A DNA stretch of 64,000 nt from Nannocystales bacterium (GTDB lineage: Bacteria > Myxococcota_A > Polyangia > Nannocystales > Nannocystaceae), in assembly GCA_050633305.1 (NCBI GenBank), contig JBOEGF010000018.1, positions 896,001-960,000 on the forward strand. Direction: 5' to 3'. The position numbers and the translations under genes are program-made. The notes below the pieces were generated by a model. The model worked only from the letters and a program-made list of their open reading frames with translations, made no database searches and had not been told where the DNA came from. Positions 10,238-19,798 of this stretch are shown in pieces; within the stretch, counting starts at the first letter, position 1, and every line of letters begins with the position of its first letter.

Positions 10238-11179
10238 ATGAAGGTCGTTTCCGTTACCGTCAATTACAAGACCGCCGACCTCACGCTGCGGGCCGTGGAG
10301 GCCGTCCTCGGCGACCTCGAGCCGCTCGGGGGGCGTGCCCTGGTCGTCGACAACCACTCCCAAGACGGCAGCTACGAAAAACTGTGCGCTGAGGTCGAAA
10401 AACGCGGCTGGACCGACCGTGTGGAGGTCTTCGCCTCGGGCCGGAACGCGGGGTTCGGCGCCGGCAACAACATCGCGTTTCGTCACGCCATGAGCTGGGA
10501 GGATCCGCCGGACTTCTTCTACCTGCTCAACCCCGATGCCCTCCCCGATCCGGGGGGCATGAAGGCGCTCCTCGATTTCATGGAGCGCACGCCCGACTCC
10601 GGCCTGGCGGGCAGCCGAGTCCGCCATCCGGGCGGGGACTTGAGACTGTCCGCGTTCCGCTTTCCCTCGGTCTTCTCCGAACTGGAGTCAGGGCTCAGGC
10701 TCGGGCTGGCCAGTCGGCTCTTGGACCGCTGGAAGGTCTCGATGCCCGCACCCTCCCAGACCTGCGCTGTCGACTGGGTCTCCGGAGCCAGCGTCATGCT
10801 GCGCGGAGCCATGCTCGACGAGATCGGGATGTTCGACGAGAACTTCTTCCTCTACTTCGAGGAGACCGACCTCTCGCTTCGCGCCTCGCGGGCGGGCTGG
10901 AAAACCCACTACGTCATGGAGAGCGGCGCCGAGCACATCGGCCAAGTCTCCACCGGGATGAAGGACAAGCTCAAGCGCCGGCCGAAGTTCTGGTTCGAAT
11001 CGCGGGCGTACTACCTCGAGAAGAACTACGGCGTTGCGCTGCGCAAGGCGGCGGACGTGGCGTGGGCCGGGGGCGCACTGTTGCCGGCGGTCCGCAAGAA
11101 GCTGGGCCGCCCCGACACCGATCCGCCGCGTCTGTATCGAGACTTCCTCGCGTTCAACTTCGGCCGCGGGCTGGACTGA
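10238..11179 (+). CDS. Glycosyltransferase family 2 (WbbL-like)
   Basis: [47 protein letters not shown]. Confidence 0.88.
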   Translation: MKVVSVTVNYKTADLTLRAVEAVLGDLEPLGGRALVVDNHSQDGSYEKLCAEVEKRGWTDRVEVFASGRNAGFGAGNNIAFRHAMSWEDPPDFFYLLNPDALPDPGGMKALLDFMERTPDSGLAGSRVRHPGGDLRLSAFRFPSVFSELESGLRLGLASRLLDRWKVSMPAPSQTCAVDWVSGASVMLRGAMLDEIGMFDENFFLYFEETDLSLRASRAGWKTHYVMESGAEHIGQVSTGMKDKLKRRPKFWFESRAYYLEKNYGVALRKAADVAWAGGALLPAVRKKLGRPDTDPPRLYRDFLAFNFGRGLD

Positions 11180-11199
11180 GCCTTCTCAGGGCCCCGCAG

Positions 11200-12288
11200 T
11201 CAGGCGGCGTCGCCGACGGCCGACGCCGCGACTGCTGAGGTCGCATCGTTGGCGACCCGTTGGGTCCACGCTTCGACACGGGGGTGCATGATCGAGCGCC
11301 ACAATGGCGGGACGAGTGAAGCGAGGATCATGGTCGCGTAGCCCGCGGGCAGCTGCGGCACATCTTCGTAGTGCCGCAGCATGTGGTAGGGGCGGCTGGC
11401 CAGGTAGTGGTGGTCGCTGTGACGCTGGAGGTTGAACAGCAACCAGTTCGTCAGGCGGTGGCTGGCATTCCAGGAGTGTTGGGGAGCCGTCCGCTCGTAA
11501 CGTCCCGGTGAAATCTCTCGGCGCGACAGGCCGTAGTGCTCGACGTAGTTGATGACCTCGAGCAGGACGATCGCGGCGAGGCTTTGCCCAGCCCAGTACG
11601 CCACGGCGACGGGTCCAAGCGCGAACCCAAGCGCGGCGTAGACGACGATCTGGGTGAGGGCATATCGCGTCATGCGATGTCGGAGGCTCCACTTTGAGAT
11701 CCCTTGCTTGCGGGCCCGTCCGTTTTCGATGGCGATGGCGCTGCGGAGACCGCCGATGATCGTGCGAGGCAGGAAGGCGTAGACCGACTCTCCGAACCGA
11801 GAACTCGCGGCGTCGAGGGGCGTCGCGACGTGGCGGTGGTGCCCGTAGACGTGCTCGACGCAGAAGTGGGAGTAGGTGACTGAGCCCATGAGGAGCTCCG
11901 CTACAGCTCGCTCTCTCGGGTCTTTGCGGTGCATCAGCTCGTGTGCGATGTTGATGCCTCCGGCAGATGCCATGACCCCGATGGACAGGGTCGCCACCAC
12001 GGTCTCCCAGCCCACGAGATGTCCGCCGAGGATGAGGTACAGCGCGTACGCCTGCAGTCCGAGCTGGACCGGGACCCAAGCATACAGCGGCAGGTCGTAG
12101 GTCCAGCGTCGGGTCGGGCCCTCGGTGTCGTTGTTGTCCGTTCGCACGCCGAGGAGCGCCTCGACCACCGGGATGACCCCGAACACGAACGCGAGGGTTG
12201 CCAGCGTGGCGAGGCCCCCGGCTCGTAGGCCCGTCAGCGCGACAAGCGGCACGACAAACACAACCCAATATGGAAGCGAGCGGACCAT
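11200..12288 (-). CDS. alkB: Alkane 1-monooxygenase (membrane di-iron hydroxylase)
   Basis: His boxes HELMH, EHVYGHH, NYVEHYG, LQRHSDHH and a PQLPAGY motif. Confidence 0.9.
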   Translation of the reverse strand: MVRSLPYWVVFVVPLVALTGLRAGGLATLATLAFVFGVIPVVEALLGVRTDNNDTEGPTRRWTYDLPLYAWVPVQLGLQAYALYLILGGHLVGWETVVATLSIGVMASAGGINIAHELMHRKDPRERAVAELLMGSVTYSHFCVEHVYGHHRHVATPLDAASSRFGESVYAFLPRTIIGGLRSAIAIENGRARKQGISKWSLRHRMTRYALTQIVVYAALGFALGPVAVAYWAGQSLAAIVLLEVINYVEHYGLSRREISPGRYERTAPQHSWNASHRLTNWLLFNLQRHSDHHYLASRPYHMLRHYEDVPQLPAGYATMILASLVPPLWRSIMHPRVEAWTQRVANDATSAVAASAVGDAA

Positions 12289-12362
12289 GCGGACAATCTA
12301 CTCGCGGGTAGATTGTCCGTCAAGGATCAATCGTGCCCGGTCCGCCACCGGAGGTCATCGCG

Positions 12363-13586
12363 CTACAGGTCGCGCCGAGGGGGCAGGATGCTTCCGGCCA
12401 CCAGGAGTCCGGCCACGATCGAGCTCGCGATGATCAGCATCTCGACCCCGGTCTCAACCCCGGCCAAGACGTCGTGGGCCATGAACAGGTCGAGTGAGCG
12501 ATAGCCGACCGAGCCGGGGACCAGCAGCAGGATGCCGGGCGTCAGCAAGACGAGCGCCGGGCGCCGGCCCCCCGAGGCGTACGCATTGCTGAGGAGTCCG
12601 AGCACCATCGCCCCGCCGAAGGCGCCGAGCCGTGGCCCGAGCGCGACGACGCCGAGCGTGTGTCCCAGGCTGGTGAACATGCAGGCCAGGACGATCCACG
12701 GCCAGTCCTTGGGGCGTGCCTGAAAGAGCACCGCGAATGCTAGCGCCGCCACGCCGGTTGCGACGACGGCACCCATCGGCGCGAGCGGGTCGACCTCGGC
12801 CAGGGGCTGGGGGACGAGGGGCACGCAAGAGCCCGCGAGCGTGCGCCCCAACGCGACGCCCACCGCGATCTGCAAGAACATGCCGAGCGCACCCGCGACG
12901 CGAGCGGTGCCCGCCGCCCAATGTCCGGTCGCGAGTTCGACCAACGCGGTGGTGAACGTCAATCCGGGCACGATGACGATCAGCGTCGCGAGGGCGACGA
13001 CGCCGTCGGCATGGGGAAACCAGGACCGGGCGAGGGCGTGTGAGGCGAAGCCCACGAACAGCGCGCAGCTCGGCTCGGCCAGCAACGCCGTCCGCGGGCT
13101 GGAGCGCAAGACGTACTCGAGCACCGCAACCAAACCTCCTAGGAGTCCTGCGACCGCGATCTCACGGGGGCCACCGCCCAGCAGAGGGGCAGCGCTGGCG
13201 GCCGTGAGTGCGACCGCGAACATGACCATGCCCGGTCCGAACGCGGGTCGACCCCGAGCGATGCGTTCCAATCGCCGGCGAGCGCGGTTGAGGCCGAGTC
13301 GGCCCGCGAAGACGTCGTCGAGGACTTCGGTGGTGGTCGCCAGGCGGCCGAGTTGGGCGGCGCCTGGAAGAACCCGGCGAACGACGGTTCGCACATGCGG
13401 TTCCTCGCCGAACGAGAGCAGCAAGTCGGTAGGGGAAAACGAGACTTGTAGGGGAACCTGCAACGTCTCGCCGAGCCGGACCACGAGCGCTTCACCCCGA
13501 TGGGTGGGGGTCCCGTGAGCGTGCAGGAGTTCCGCAACACGCAGAATGAATCGCTCGCGCGTGATGCGCCGGCGCGCGAATTCCAT
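12363..13586 (-). CDS. ThrE-family threonine/serine exporter
   Basis: LHAHGTPTHR, IVIVPGLTFTTALVELATGH..AG, PGILLLVPGSVGYRS; ATG at 13586. Confidence 0.85.
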   Translation of the reverse strand: MEFARRRITRERFILRVAELLHAHGTPTHRGEALVVRLGETLQVPLQVSFSPTDLLLSFGEEPHVRTVVRRVLPGAAQLGRLATTTEVLDDVFAGRLGLNRARRRLERIARGRPAFGPGMVMFAVALTAASAAPLLGGGPREIAVAGLLGGLVAVLEYVLRSSPRTALLAEPSCALFVGFASHALARSWFPHADGVVALATLIVIVPGLTFTTALVELATGHWAAGTARVAGALGMFLQIAVGVALGRTLAGSCVPLVPQPLAEVDPLAPMGAVVATGVAALAFAVLFQARPKDWPWIVLACMFTSLGHTLGVVALGPRLGAFGGAMVLGLLSNAYASGGRRPALVLLTPGILLLVPGSVGYRSLDLFMAHDVLAGVETGVEMLIIASSIVAGLLVAGSILPPRRDL

Positions 13587-13639
13587 TGTGTAGAAATGTG
13601 AAAGACGCCCCGATAAGTTCACGTGAAATCGTGCGTTGC

Positions 13640-13652
13640 CGAATATAATTCG
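13640..13652. promoter_or_regulatory. Candidate Lrp/AsnC (FFRP) operator CGAAT-ATA-ATTCG
   Basis: 5-3-5 inverted repeat with an AT-rich centre, in an AT-rich intergenic gap between divergent thrE and lrp. Confidence 0.55.
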
Positions 13653-13799
13653 TTTCTCGCCCCATATCCGGTGTACATCTCGAACGCCGCGACCAGGTTT
13701 TCGGCTCCCTGACCGGCGTTGGTTCGAGGCGGGTTCCAGCTGCGTGCTGGCCGCGCCCGGCCGTGACCTCTGAGCCCCCCGCACGACCCTCAACCCGCG

Positions 13800-14264
13800 A
13801 TGGCTCTCGACCCGATCGATCACAAGATCATCGACCTGCTTCAGGACGACGCTCGGCTGACGAACCGAGAGTTGGCGGAGCGCGTCGGTCTTGCCCCATC
13901 GACGACGCTCGCGCGCGTTCAGCGTCTCAACGAGTCCGGCGTACTGACTGGATTCAGCGCGCGCGTGAATCCCGAGGCCCTCGGTTTGGCGCTTCAGGTC
14001 GTGGTGTTCGTCCAGTTGGAGTCCCACGGCCGCGACCGCAGTCGGGCGTTCATCGAGGAGATCCTCGAGCGGCCGGAGGTTGTCCAGGTGTTTTACGTGG
14101 GGGGCGCGCAGGACCTCGTGGTCCACGTGATGGCTCGGGACACGGACGATCTACGGCGCGTGGTGTTGGAAGGCATCGCCTCGCACAGCTTGGTGCGCCA
14201 CCTCGAGACCAACATCGTGTTCGAACACCGACGACAGCCCGTGCGGGTCCCAAACCCACAGTAG
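13800..14264 (+). CDS. Lrp/AsnC family transcriptional regulator
   Basis: LDPIDHKIIDLLQDDARLTNRELAERVGLAPSTTLARVQRL HTH, then an AsnC ligand-binding domain. Confidence 0.93.
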   Translation: MALDPIDHKIIDLLQDDARLTNRELAERVGLAPSTTLARVQRLNESGVLTGFSARVNPEALGLALQVVVFVQLESHGRDRSRAFIEEILERPEVVQVFYVGGAQDLVVHVMARDTDDLRRVVLEGIASHSLVRHLETNIVFEHRRQPVRVPNPQ

Positions 14265-14352
14265 GCGGGGCGCCGGCTTGGGGCGCACAAGCGCAGGTTG
14301 GGCCGGCGCGGGAAGGAGGCTGATGGGGCGGGTCTGGTAAGATTTCACCGCT

Positions 14353-16527
14353 GTGGCCGTCCTCGATCCAGGTTCGCTGTTCGCGGATCGCTATCGGGTG
14401 ATCCGCCGGGTTGGATCCGGGGGCATGGGGGCGGTGTACGAGGCTGAGCAGCTCTCGACCCGCAAACATCGGGCGCTCAAGGTTCTGACCAACCGATTCG
14501 GGAGCGACGACAAAGCGCAGGCCCGTTTCGTTCGGGAGGCGACGGTTGGCGCCGAGATTCACAGCGACCACGTCGTCGATGTCATCGGCGCGGGAATCGA
14601 TGACGTGACGGGATTGCCATGGTTGGCGATGGAGTTGCTCGAGGGGATGGACCTCAAGCGGCTGACCGATGCTCGGGGGTCGATGGAGCCCGCCCATGTC
14701 CAGGCCGTGTTTTCCCAGCTGGGGCACGGACTCGCCGCGGCCCATGCCGCCGGCGTCGTGCATCGCGACCTCAAGCCCGAGAACGTCTTCGTCTCGCGAA
14801 GCCGACGGGCCGACGCCCCGTACTTGGTCAAGATCCTCGACTTCGGCATCTCGAAGATCACGCACGAGGCGGTCGTCAGTACCGACACCGCGACCATCGG
14901 CTCGCCCATGTGGATGGCTCCCGAGCAGATCAACGCCGAGCCTGTCTCCGGGCGAACGGATGTGTGGGCACTGGGGCTGCTCGCGTTCTGGGCGGTGAGC
15001 GGTCGGGTGTACTGGAAGGCGGCCTATGGGCAGCGCGTGACCGTACAGGCGTTGTTCGCCGAGCAGCTGTTCGCAGACTTGGTCGCGCCCAGCGTTCGCG
15101 CCGAAGCCTACGGGGTCGCCGAGCGCATCCCCGCGGGCTTCGATGATTGGTTCGGGCAGTGCGTGGCTCGGGACCCCAGCGAGCGGTTCACCGATGCGGG
15201 AGCGGCCATGGTCGCGCTCAACGCCGTGCTCGAGCCGTGGGCGAGCGCCGCCGGACCCTCCAAGCGAGCGCTCTTGCCTGAACCGGGGGCGCCCGCGGAG
15301 GCCTCGGTTGCCCGCTCCGAGCCCGTGCTGAGCCCGGTGGGTGCGGGTGCCGTGTCCGATTTGGCGCACATGGCCGGGACGACGGCGGACATGATGTCCA
15401 TCCAGAGCAGCCAGGCGACGGTGGAGGGGACCTCGAACTTCAGCATTCCGCCCGGCGTCACGGGCATGCAACGGCCGCCGGTCCCGGTGTCGGAGAAAAC
15501 GCCGGAGCTCGTCATCCCGGACCCTCCTCGGCGCTCGAACGCTCCTGCCGTCGGTAGGATCGTCGCTGCCGCTGCGATTCCTGCCGCGTTGGCAGGTGCG
15601 ATCGTCGCAGGCGTGGCGTTGTGGGACCCGGACTCGGATCCCGAGCCGAAGTCGCTGGTGGCCGAAGTCCGCGATTCTGACCCCGACCCCGTTCTCGCGC
15701 CCGACGTGGGCACCGCGGCGGCCGAGGTCGAGCATGACCCGGGCTGGACGGGCCTGCCGACGCCGCCGAAACCCTTGCCCAAGAAGCGCGCCGACCTCTC
15801 GTCGTTGCCGGCGCCGAGTGAGGTCGAGTTTCTGGGGTGGACGCCCGACGGCTCCGTGGCGGCGCTGCGAGTATCGTACGGCTCGAAGGTGGCGGCTCGC
15901 GGCTTCGCCAACTACCTGCAACTGGTGGTCGAGCTCGACGGGGCCAGTGGCTCGGTCGTCCGAACGTACGCGGTCGACCGCACCGCCAACGCTTCGCTGA
16001 GCAAGGATGACCCCCTCGCGCGCGCGGCCAAGGCCTCCATCGGCGGCAAGCGTTGGGTGGAGCGGCGCACCGAGCTGTTGCTCCGTACGCCCGAGGCTCG
16101 GCGTGCTCCGGCGCGGCGCGACGGTGCGCTGACGCTGTCCTTCGAGAACGTACCGAGCGGAACCAAGGTTCGCGTGCAGGCGAAACGCTCCGGTTTCGAT
16201 CTGGGATGGTGGGGCTTCGACGAGCTGCTCGAAGGTGACTCTGTACCGCTGCTGCACGTGACCTGGGTCGAGGGCGGAAGCCAGACCACGCTGGTTCGGA
16301 CACCGGTCGAGGTCGAGGTCGAGGTGTTGCGCAAGCTCGCCGCCCGGCCTGGTTCGGACGTCACGCTCGAGGGTCCGGTGCGCGTGTACTGGACCAGCGA
16401 CGCCAAGCGGGCGCTGGTCACCGTGTCGTTTCAGACCAAGGAGGCCGATGTCGTCGACCGACGCTGGTTCGTGGTCGAGCCGGCCGCGTCGGAGGGGGCC
16501 ATTCACCGCCCCCGAATCCGGGGCTAA
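14353..16527 (+). CDS. Membrane Ser/Thr protein kinase with an extracytoplasmic domain
   Basis: GSGGMGAVY, ALK, HRDLKPEN, DFG, APE; one TM helix around residues 400-420. Confidence 0.92.
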   Translation: MAVLDPGSLFADRYRVIRRVGSGGMGAVYEAEQLSTRKHRALKVLTNRFGSDDKAQARFVREATVGAEIHSDHVVDVIGAGIDDVTGLPWLAMELLEGMDLKRLTDARGSMEPAHVQAVFSQLGHGLAAAHAAGVVHRDLKPENVFVSRSRRADAPYLVKILDFGISKITHEAVVSTDTATIGSPMWMAPEQINAEPVSGRTDVWALGLLAFWAVSGRVYWKAAYGQRVTVQALFAEQLFADLVAPSVRAEAYGVAERIPAGFDDWFGQCVARDPSERFTDAGAAMVALNAVLEPWASAAGPSKRALLPEPGAPAEASVARSEPVLSPVGAGAVSDLAHMAGTTADMMSIQSSQATVEGTSNFSIPPGVTGMQRPPVPVSEKTPELVIPDPPRRSNAPAVGRIVAAAAIPAALAGAIVAGVALWDPDSDPEPKSLVAEVRDSDPDPVLAPDVGTAAAEVEHDPGWTGLPTPPKPLPKKRADLSSLPAPSEVEFLGWTPDGSVAALRVSYGSKVAARGFANYLQLVVELDGASGSVVRTYAVDRTANASLSKDDPLARAAKASIGGKRWVERRTELLLRTPEARRAPARRDGALTLSFENVPSGTKVRVQAKRSGFDLGWWGFDELLEGDSVPLLHVTWVEGGSQTTLVRTPVEVEVEVLRKLAARPGSDVTLEGPVRVYWTSDAKRALVTVSFQTKEADVVDRRWFVVEPAASEGAIHRPRIRG

Positions 16528-17912
16528 TCGCCCTCTACGCTGTCCACGACTTCCCCGGCCCACGTGGGGAGCAGGCCGAGGTCTGCGATGAGGTCGAGCG
16601 CGACGTAGCGGCTGCGAATCTCGCGGCACACGGTGAGGGTGCGGACGGCATGCTCACGCGTGACCTCGAGGGCACTGGGTTTGGCCGGCGCGCCCGTGGC
16701 GGCCAGGGCGACCCGCATGCGTTCGGCGGGCATCAAGATCTCGCGGAGCGTGGCCTGAATCTCGGGCCAGTCCTTCTTCACGGCTTCGAGCTCGCCCTGG
16801 AGCTCCGTCCCGGTTTTCTGCTTCGCTTCGATCTGCGCCCGCACCTCCTCGATGACCGCGGGTGTGAGCCCATGATGGCGTTCGTCGAGTCCCTCCAGGT
16901 AGGAGGCGTCTGGGACCCGGGCGGCGGCGGCCTGGGGGTTGATGTCGTCTTGCTCGAGGGAGACGAGGCGCTCGAACAGCATGGCTGACATGAGCGTCGC
17001 AACGCCGACCTGGGTGCCGTGGAGGCCCCGCAGCGGGAGGTCGTGGCAGTGCTGCTCCATGTCCCAGTAGTGGCTGACGAGGTGCTCTCCGCCCGAGGCC
17101 GGTGCGGATGTGCCTGCGATCGCCATCGTGAAGCCGGAGAGGATGATCGTCGCCGCGAGAAGCTCGATGCCATCGGCTTCGCTCTTGCCCACCGCGTCAG
17201 CCGAATCGAGCAGGGCATCGAAGGCCGAGTCGAGGAGTTTGGCCGGTCGCTCCTCGTAGGGAACGCCGCGGATGAATGCGCTCAGTCGCCAGTCGGCATT
17301 GCTGTAGGGTTTGGAGAGCAGGTCCCCAAACCCTGCCAGGTTGAGGTAGGCCGGCGCTTTTTGCAGGACGTCGACGTCCGCGAACACGGCCTGAGCTTGT
17401 TGGGCCGGGAGTGTCCGCTTGACTCCCCGTGAGAGCACCGCGGCGATCGCCGACGTGTACCCGTTCATGCTCGCGGCCGTTGCGACGCACTGGTAGGGGC
17501 GGTCCAACTTCGCGGTCGCCATCTTGACGATGTCGTTGATCGACCCCGCTCCGACGGCGATGGCGTTCACGCTCCGGGTTGGGGCGAGGTGCTCCTGCAG
17601 CGCAGCGATCTCCTCGTCAGCACACATCACGTGGTCCTCGCCGGGGCGGGGTTCGAGAACGTGAAGCGCCGCGGTGTGTCCGGCGGTCTGCAGCTGTTCG
17701 AGCAGAGCGTCGGCCGCCGCGAGCTTGGTGTGGGCGTCGCAAACCACGAGATGGGTGAGGTCTGGCCGGGCTTCGGACAGCCACGGTCCGACCTGAGCGA
17801 GCTGATCCCGGCCCACGCCAATGTGCTGGGTCTTCTTGGCTTGGCCCCGCCCTTCCGCGGTCAGGGCATTGAGGTCCTCGAGAATCGACGAGAGCGCCAC
17901 GGGGGGGAGCAT
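16524..17912 (-). CDS. sn-glycerol-1-phosphate dehydrogenase homolog (EgsA/AraM-like)
   Basis: GAGSINDIVK, TAASMNGYTS, AGFGDLL, PASGGEHLVSH, LHGTQVGV. Confidence 0.8.
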   Translation of the reverse strand: MLPPVALSSILEDLNALTAEGRGQAKKTQHIGVGRDQLAQVGPWLSEARPDLTHLVVCDAHTKLAAADALLEQLQTAGHTAALHVLEPRPGEDHVMCADEEIAALQEHLAPTRSVNAIAVGAGSINDIVKMATAKLDRPYQCVATAASMNGYTSAIAAVLSRGVKRTLPAQQAQAVFADVDVLQKAPAYLNLAGFGDLLSKPYSNADWRLSAFIRGVPYEERPAKLLDSAFDALLDSADAVGKSEADGIELLAATIILSGFTMAIAGTSAPASGGEHLVSHYWDMEQHCHDLPLRGLHGTQVGVATLMSAMLFERLVSLEQDDINPQAAAARVPDASYLEGLDERHHGLTPAVIEEVRAQIEAKQKTGTELQGELEAVKKDWPEIQATLREILMPAERMRVALAATGAPAKPSALEVTREHAVRTLTVCREIRSRYVALDLIADLGLLPTWAGEVVDSVEGD

Positions 17913-17953
17913 GGACGCTCGGAGCCGCCTTGAATAGGGGGTACGCTCCGGGC

Positions 17954-18664
17954 GTGCGTCGCGTGTCTTGTTTGGTGGTGTGTCTCGCGGGCTGCGCGTC
18001 CTCGCCCGTGCCGGCCCCGTCGACGCCCGAGCCGAGCTCTGAGGCGGTGACGCCCGGTCCGGAGGCTCGTTCTGCGGACCCGACCGAGCGCCTCCTGAAG
18101 ACAGAGGAGGCCTTGGGCGAGCGCGACATCCGGGTCCGCATGACAGTGCATTCGGACGGCGCCGTAGACTCGACGTTCGTCGGCGCGTTGGTGATGCAAG
18201 GCGACCGCGTGGCACTGACCGCCTCCGGCAGCTTTGCGGGCACACCCGTGGAGCTGTCGTTCGAGGCCGACGGAGAACGCATGCGGGGGAAGGGCGGGGC
18301 TCGGGAGTTCGACCTGCCCCAGCCGCCTGGACTCCGAGACGTGTTGGCCGTGAGTCTCGTCCGCATGGGTATCTTGCACACACTCGCGATGCTTTCGGCA
18401 GGGCAGCCTCCCGACGTCCCCGAGGGCGATGTGCGGGACTGGTTGGTCGTCACCCCACAGCCGGGCGCGCCGACCGTCGCGGTGATGGAGCCGTTCCATC
18501 CGGATCTTCCGACCGACCCGGTGACGTTTCGGACGGCCGTCGCGGGAGAGGAATCGGTGACCGCCACCGTCTGGATCGAGGACAGCATCTTGGTCGAGCG
18601 CCAGCAAGAGACGCGGTTTGGCGAGGAGACGATGCGTGTGCTCGAGGCGTTCGAGCCGATGTAG
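17954..18664 (+). CDS. Hypothetical lipoprotein
   Basis: Lipobox LAGC, Pro-rich linker, beta-rich body; start estimated. Confidence 0.55.
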   Translation: MRRVSCLVVCLAGCASSPVPAPSTPEPSSEAVTPGPEARSADPTERLLKTEEALGERDIRVRMTVHSDGAVDSTFVGALVMQGDRVALTASGSFAGTPVELSFEADGERMRGKGGAREFDLPQPPGLRDVLAVSLVRMGILHTLAMLSAGQPPDVPEGDVRDWLVVTPQPGAPTVAVMEPFHPDLPTDPVTFRTAVAGEESVTATVWIEDSILVERQQETRFGEETMRVLEAFEPM

Positions 18665-18716
18665 TGCGCCCAACACGCCCCTCGAAGACACGTGAACATT
18701 GTGTCAGTGTGCCGCC

Positions 18717-19763
18717 ATGGCAGGGCCCAGTGTGCTGCGACAGCTCAGCAACCCCGACAACCGCTTTCACCGAAGTGCGGTGGAGTGGGACATCGAGCCG
18801 CCGCCGAAGGTGAAACTGTCTCTGTACGAGGACCAGTCGAAGAGCATCCTGTCGCGAAACGACAGCCCCGATCTGGGCTTTGACTGGTCGGTGAACCCCT
18901 ACCGAGGGTGCTTTCACGGCTGCGCGTACTGCTACGCCCGCCCGTCCCACGAGTACCTCGACTTCGGGGCAGGGACGGACTTTGAGCGTAAGCTGGTGCT
19001 CAAGCGGAACGCCGCGCAGTTGCTGAGGCAGCGGTTCATGAAGCCTTCGTGGAGGGGCGAGCTGGTCTTGTTCTCGGGCAACACCGACTGCTACCAGCCG
19101 CTCGAGGCCGTGCAGGGACTGACGCGGGCGTGTCTCGAGGTCTGCCTCGAGTTCCGCAATCCCGCATCGATCATCACCAAGGGCGCGGTGATCGAGCGGG
19201 ACGCGGAACTCATCGCGGAGCTTCATCGGCAGAGCCACGCGTCGGTGATCGTCAGTTTGCCCTTCATCTCCGCGGAACATGCCCGGGCGATCGAGCCCTA
19301 CGTTCCGTCTCCGGCGCGCCGTCTGCAGGTGATCGAGCGGCTGTCCTCGCTGGGCATCCCTGTCGGGGTCAACATTGCCCCGATCATCCCCGGACTCAAC
19401 GACGCGGAGGGCCCGGCGATCTTGAAGGCGGCGCGGGAGGCTGGTGCGACGTTCTTTGGGTTGACGATGGTTCGGCTTCCCTCGCCGGTCGACAAGGTGT
19501 TCGAAGCCCGCATCCGCGAGACGCTCCCTCTTCGCGCGGATCGAATCCTCAGCCAGATCGAAGCCTGTCGGGGGGGCGCCCGCAACGATTCGCGGTTCGG
19601 CGCCCGAATGCGCGGCCAGGGTGCGCGCTGGGAGGTCATCGAAACGATGATCCGCGCGGCGGGGAGACGACATGGCATGGGCGCTGCGCCTCCTGTCCCC
19701 GAGCCCTCTGCGTTCCGACGCCCCGACCGCTCAGGACAGATGGGGTTGTTTGGCTCTGGCTGA
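18717..19763 (+). CDS. Radical SAM protein, SplB-like (PA0069/Rv2578c family)
   Basis: SVNPYRGCFHGCAYCYARPSH, SGNTDCYQP, APIIPGLND, C-terminal QMGLF. Confidence 0.9.
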   Translation: MAGPSVLRQLSNPDNRFHRSAVEWDIEPPPKVKLSLYEDQSKSILSRNDSPDLGFDWSVNPYRGCFHGCAYCYARPSHEYLDFGAGTDFERKLVLKRNAAQLLRQRFMKPSWRGELVLFSGNTDCYQPLEAVQGLTRACLEVCLEFRNPASIITKGAVIERDAELIAELHRQSHASVIVSLPFISAEHARAIEPYVPSPARRLQVIERLSSLGIPVGVNIAPIIPGLNDAEGPAILKAAREAGATFFGLTMVRLPSPVDKVFEARIRETLPLRADRILSQIEACRGGARNDSRFGARMRGQGARWEVIETMIRAAGRRHGMGAAPPVPEPSAFRRPDRSGQMGLFGSG

Positions 19764-19798
19764 GGGCGGGTGCGGAGATGAAACCGTCCGGGCCGAGC

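Noticed and set aside
13587..14126. Long N-terminal extensions in the ORF track (ThrE, also cysD, G1PDH, M28 and TldD)
   Set aside because: They overlap neighbouring genes or regulatory gaps, and family similarity begins at downstream starts.
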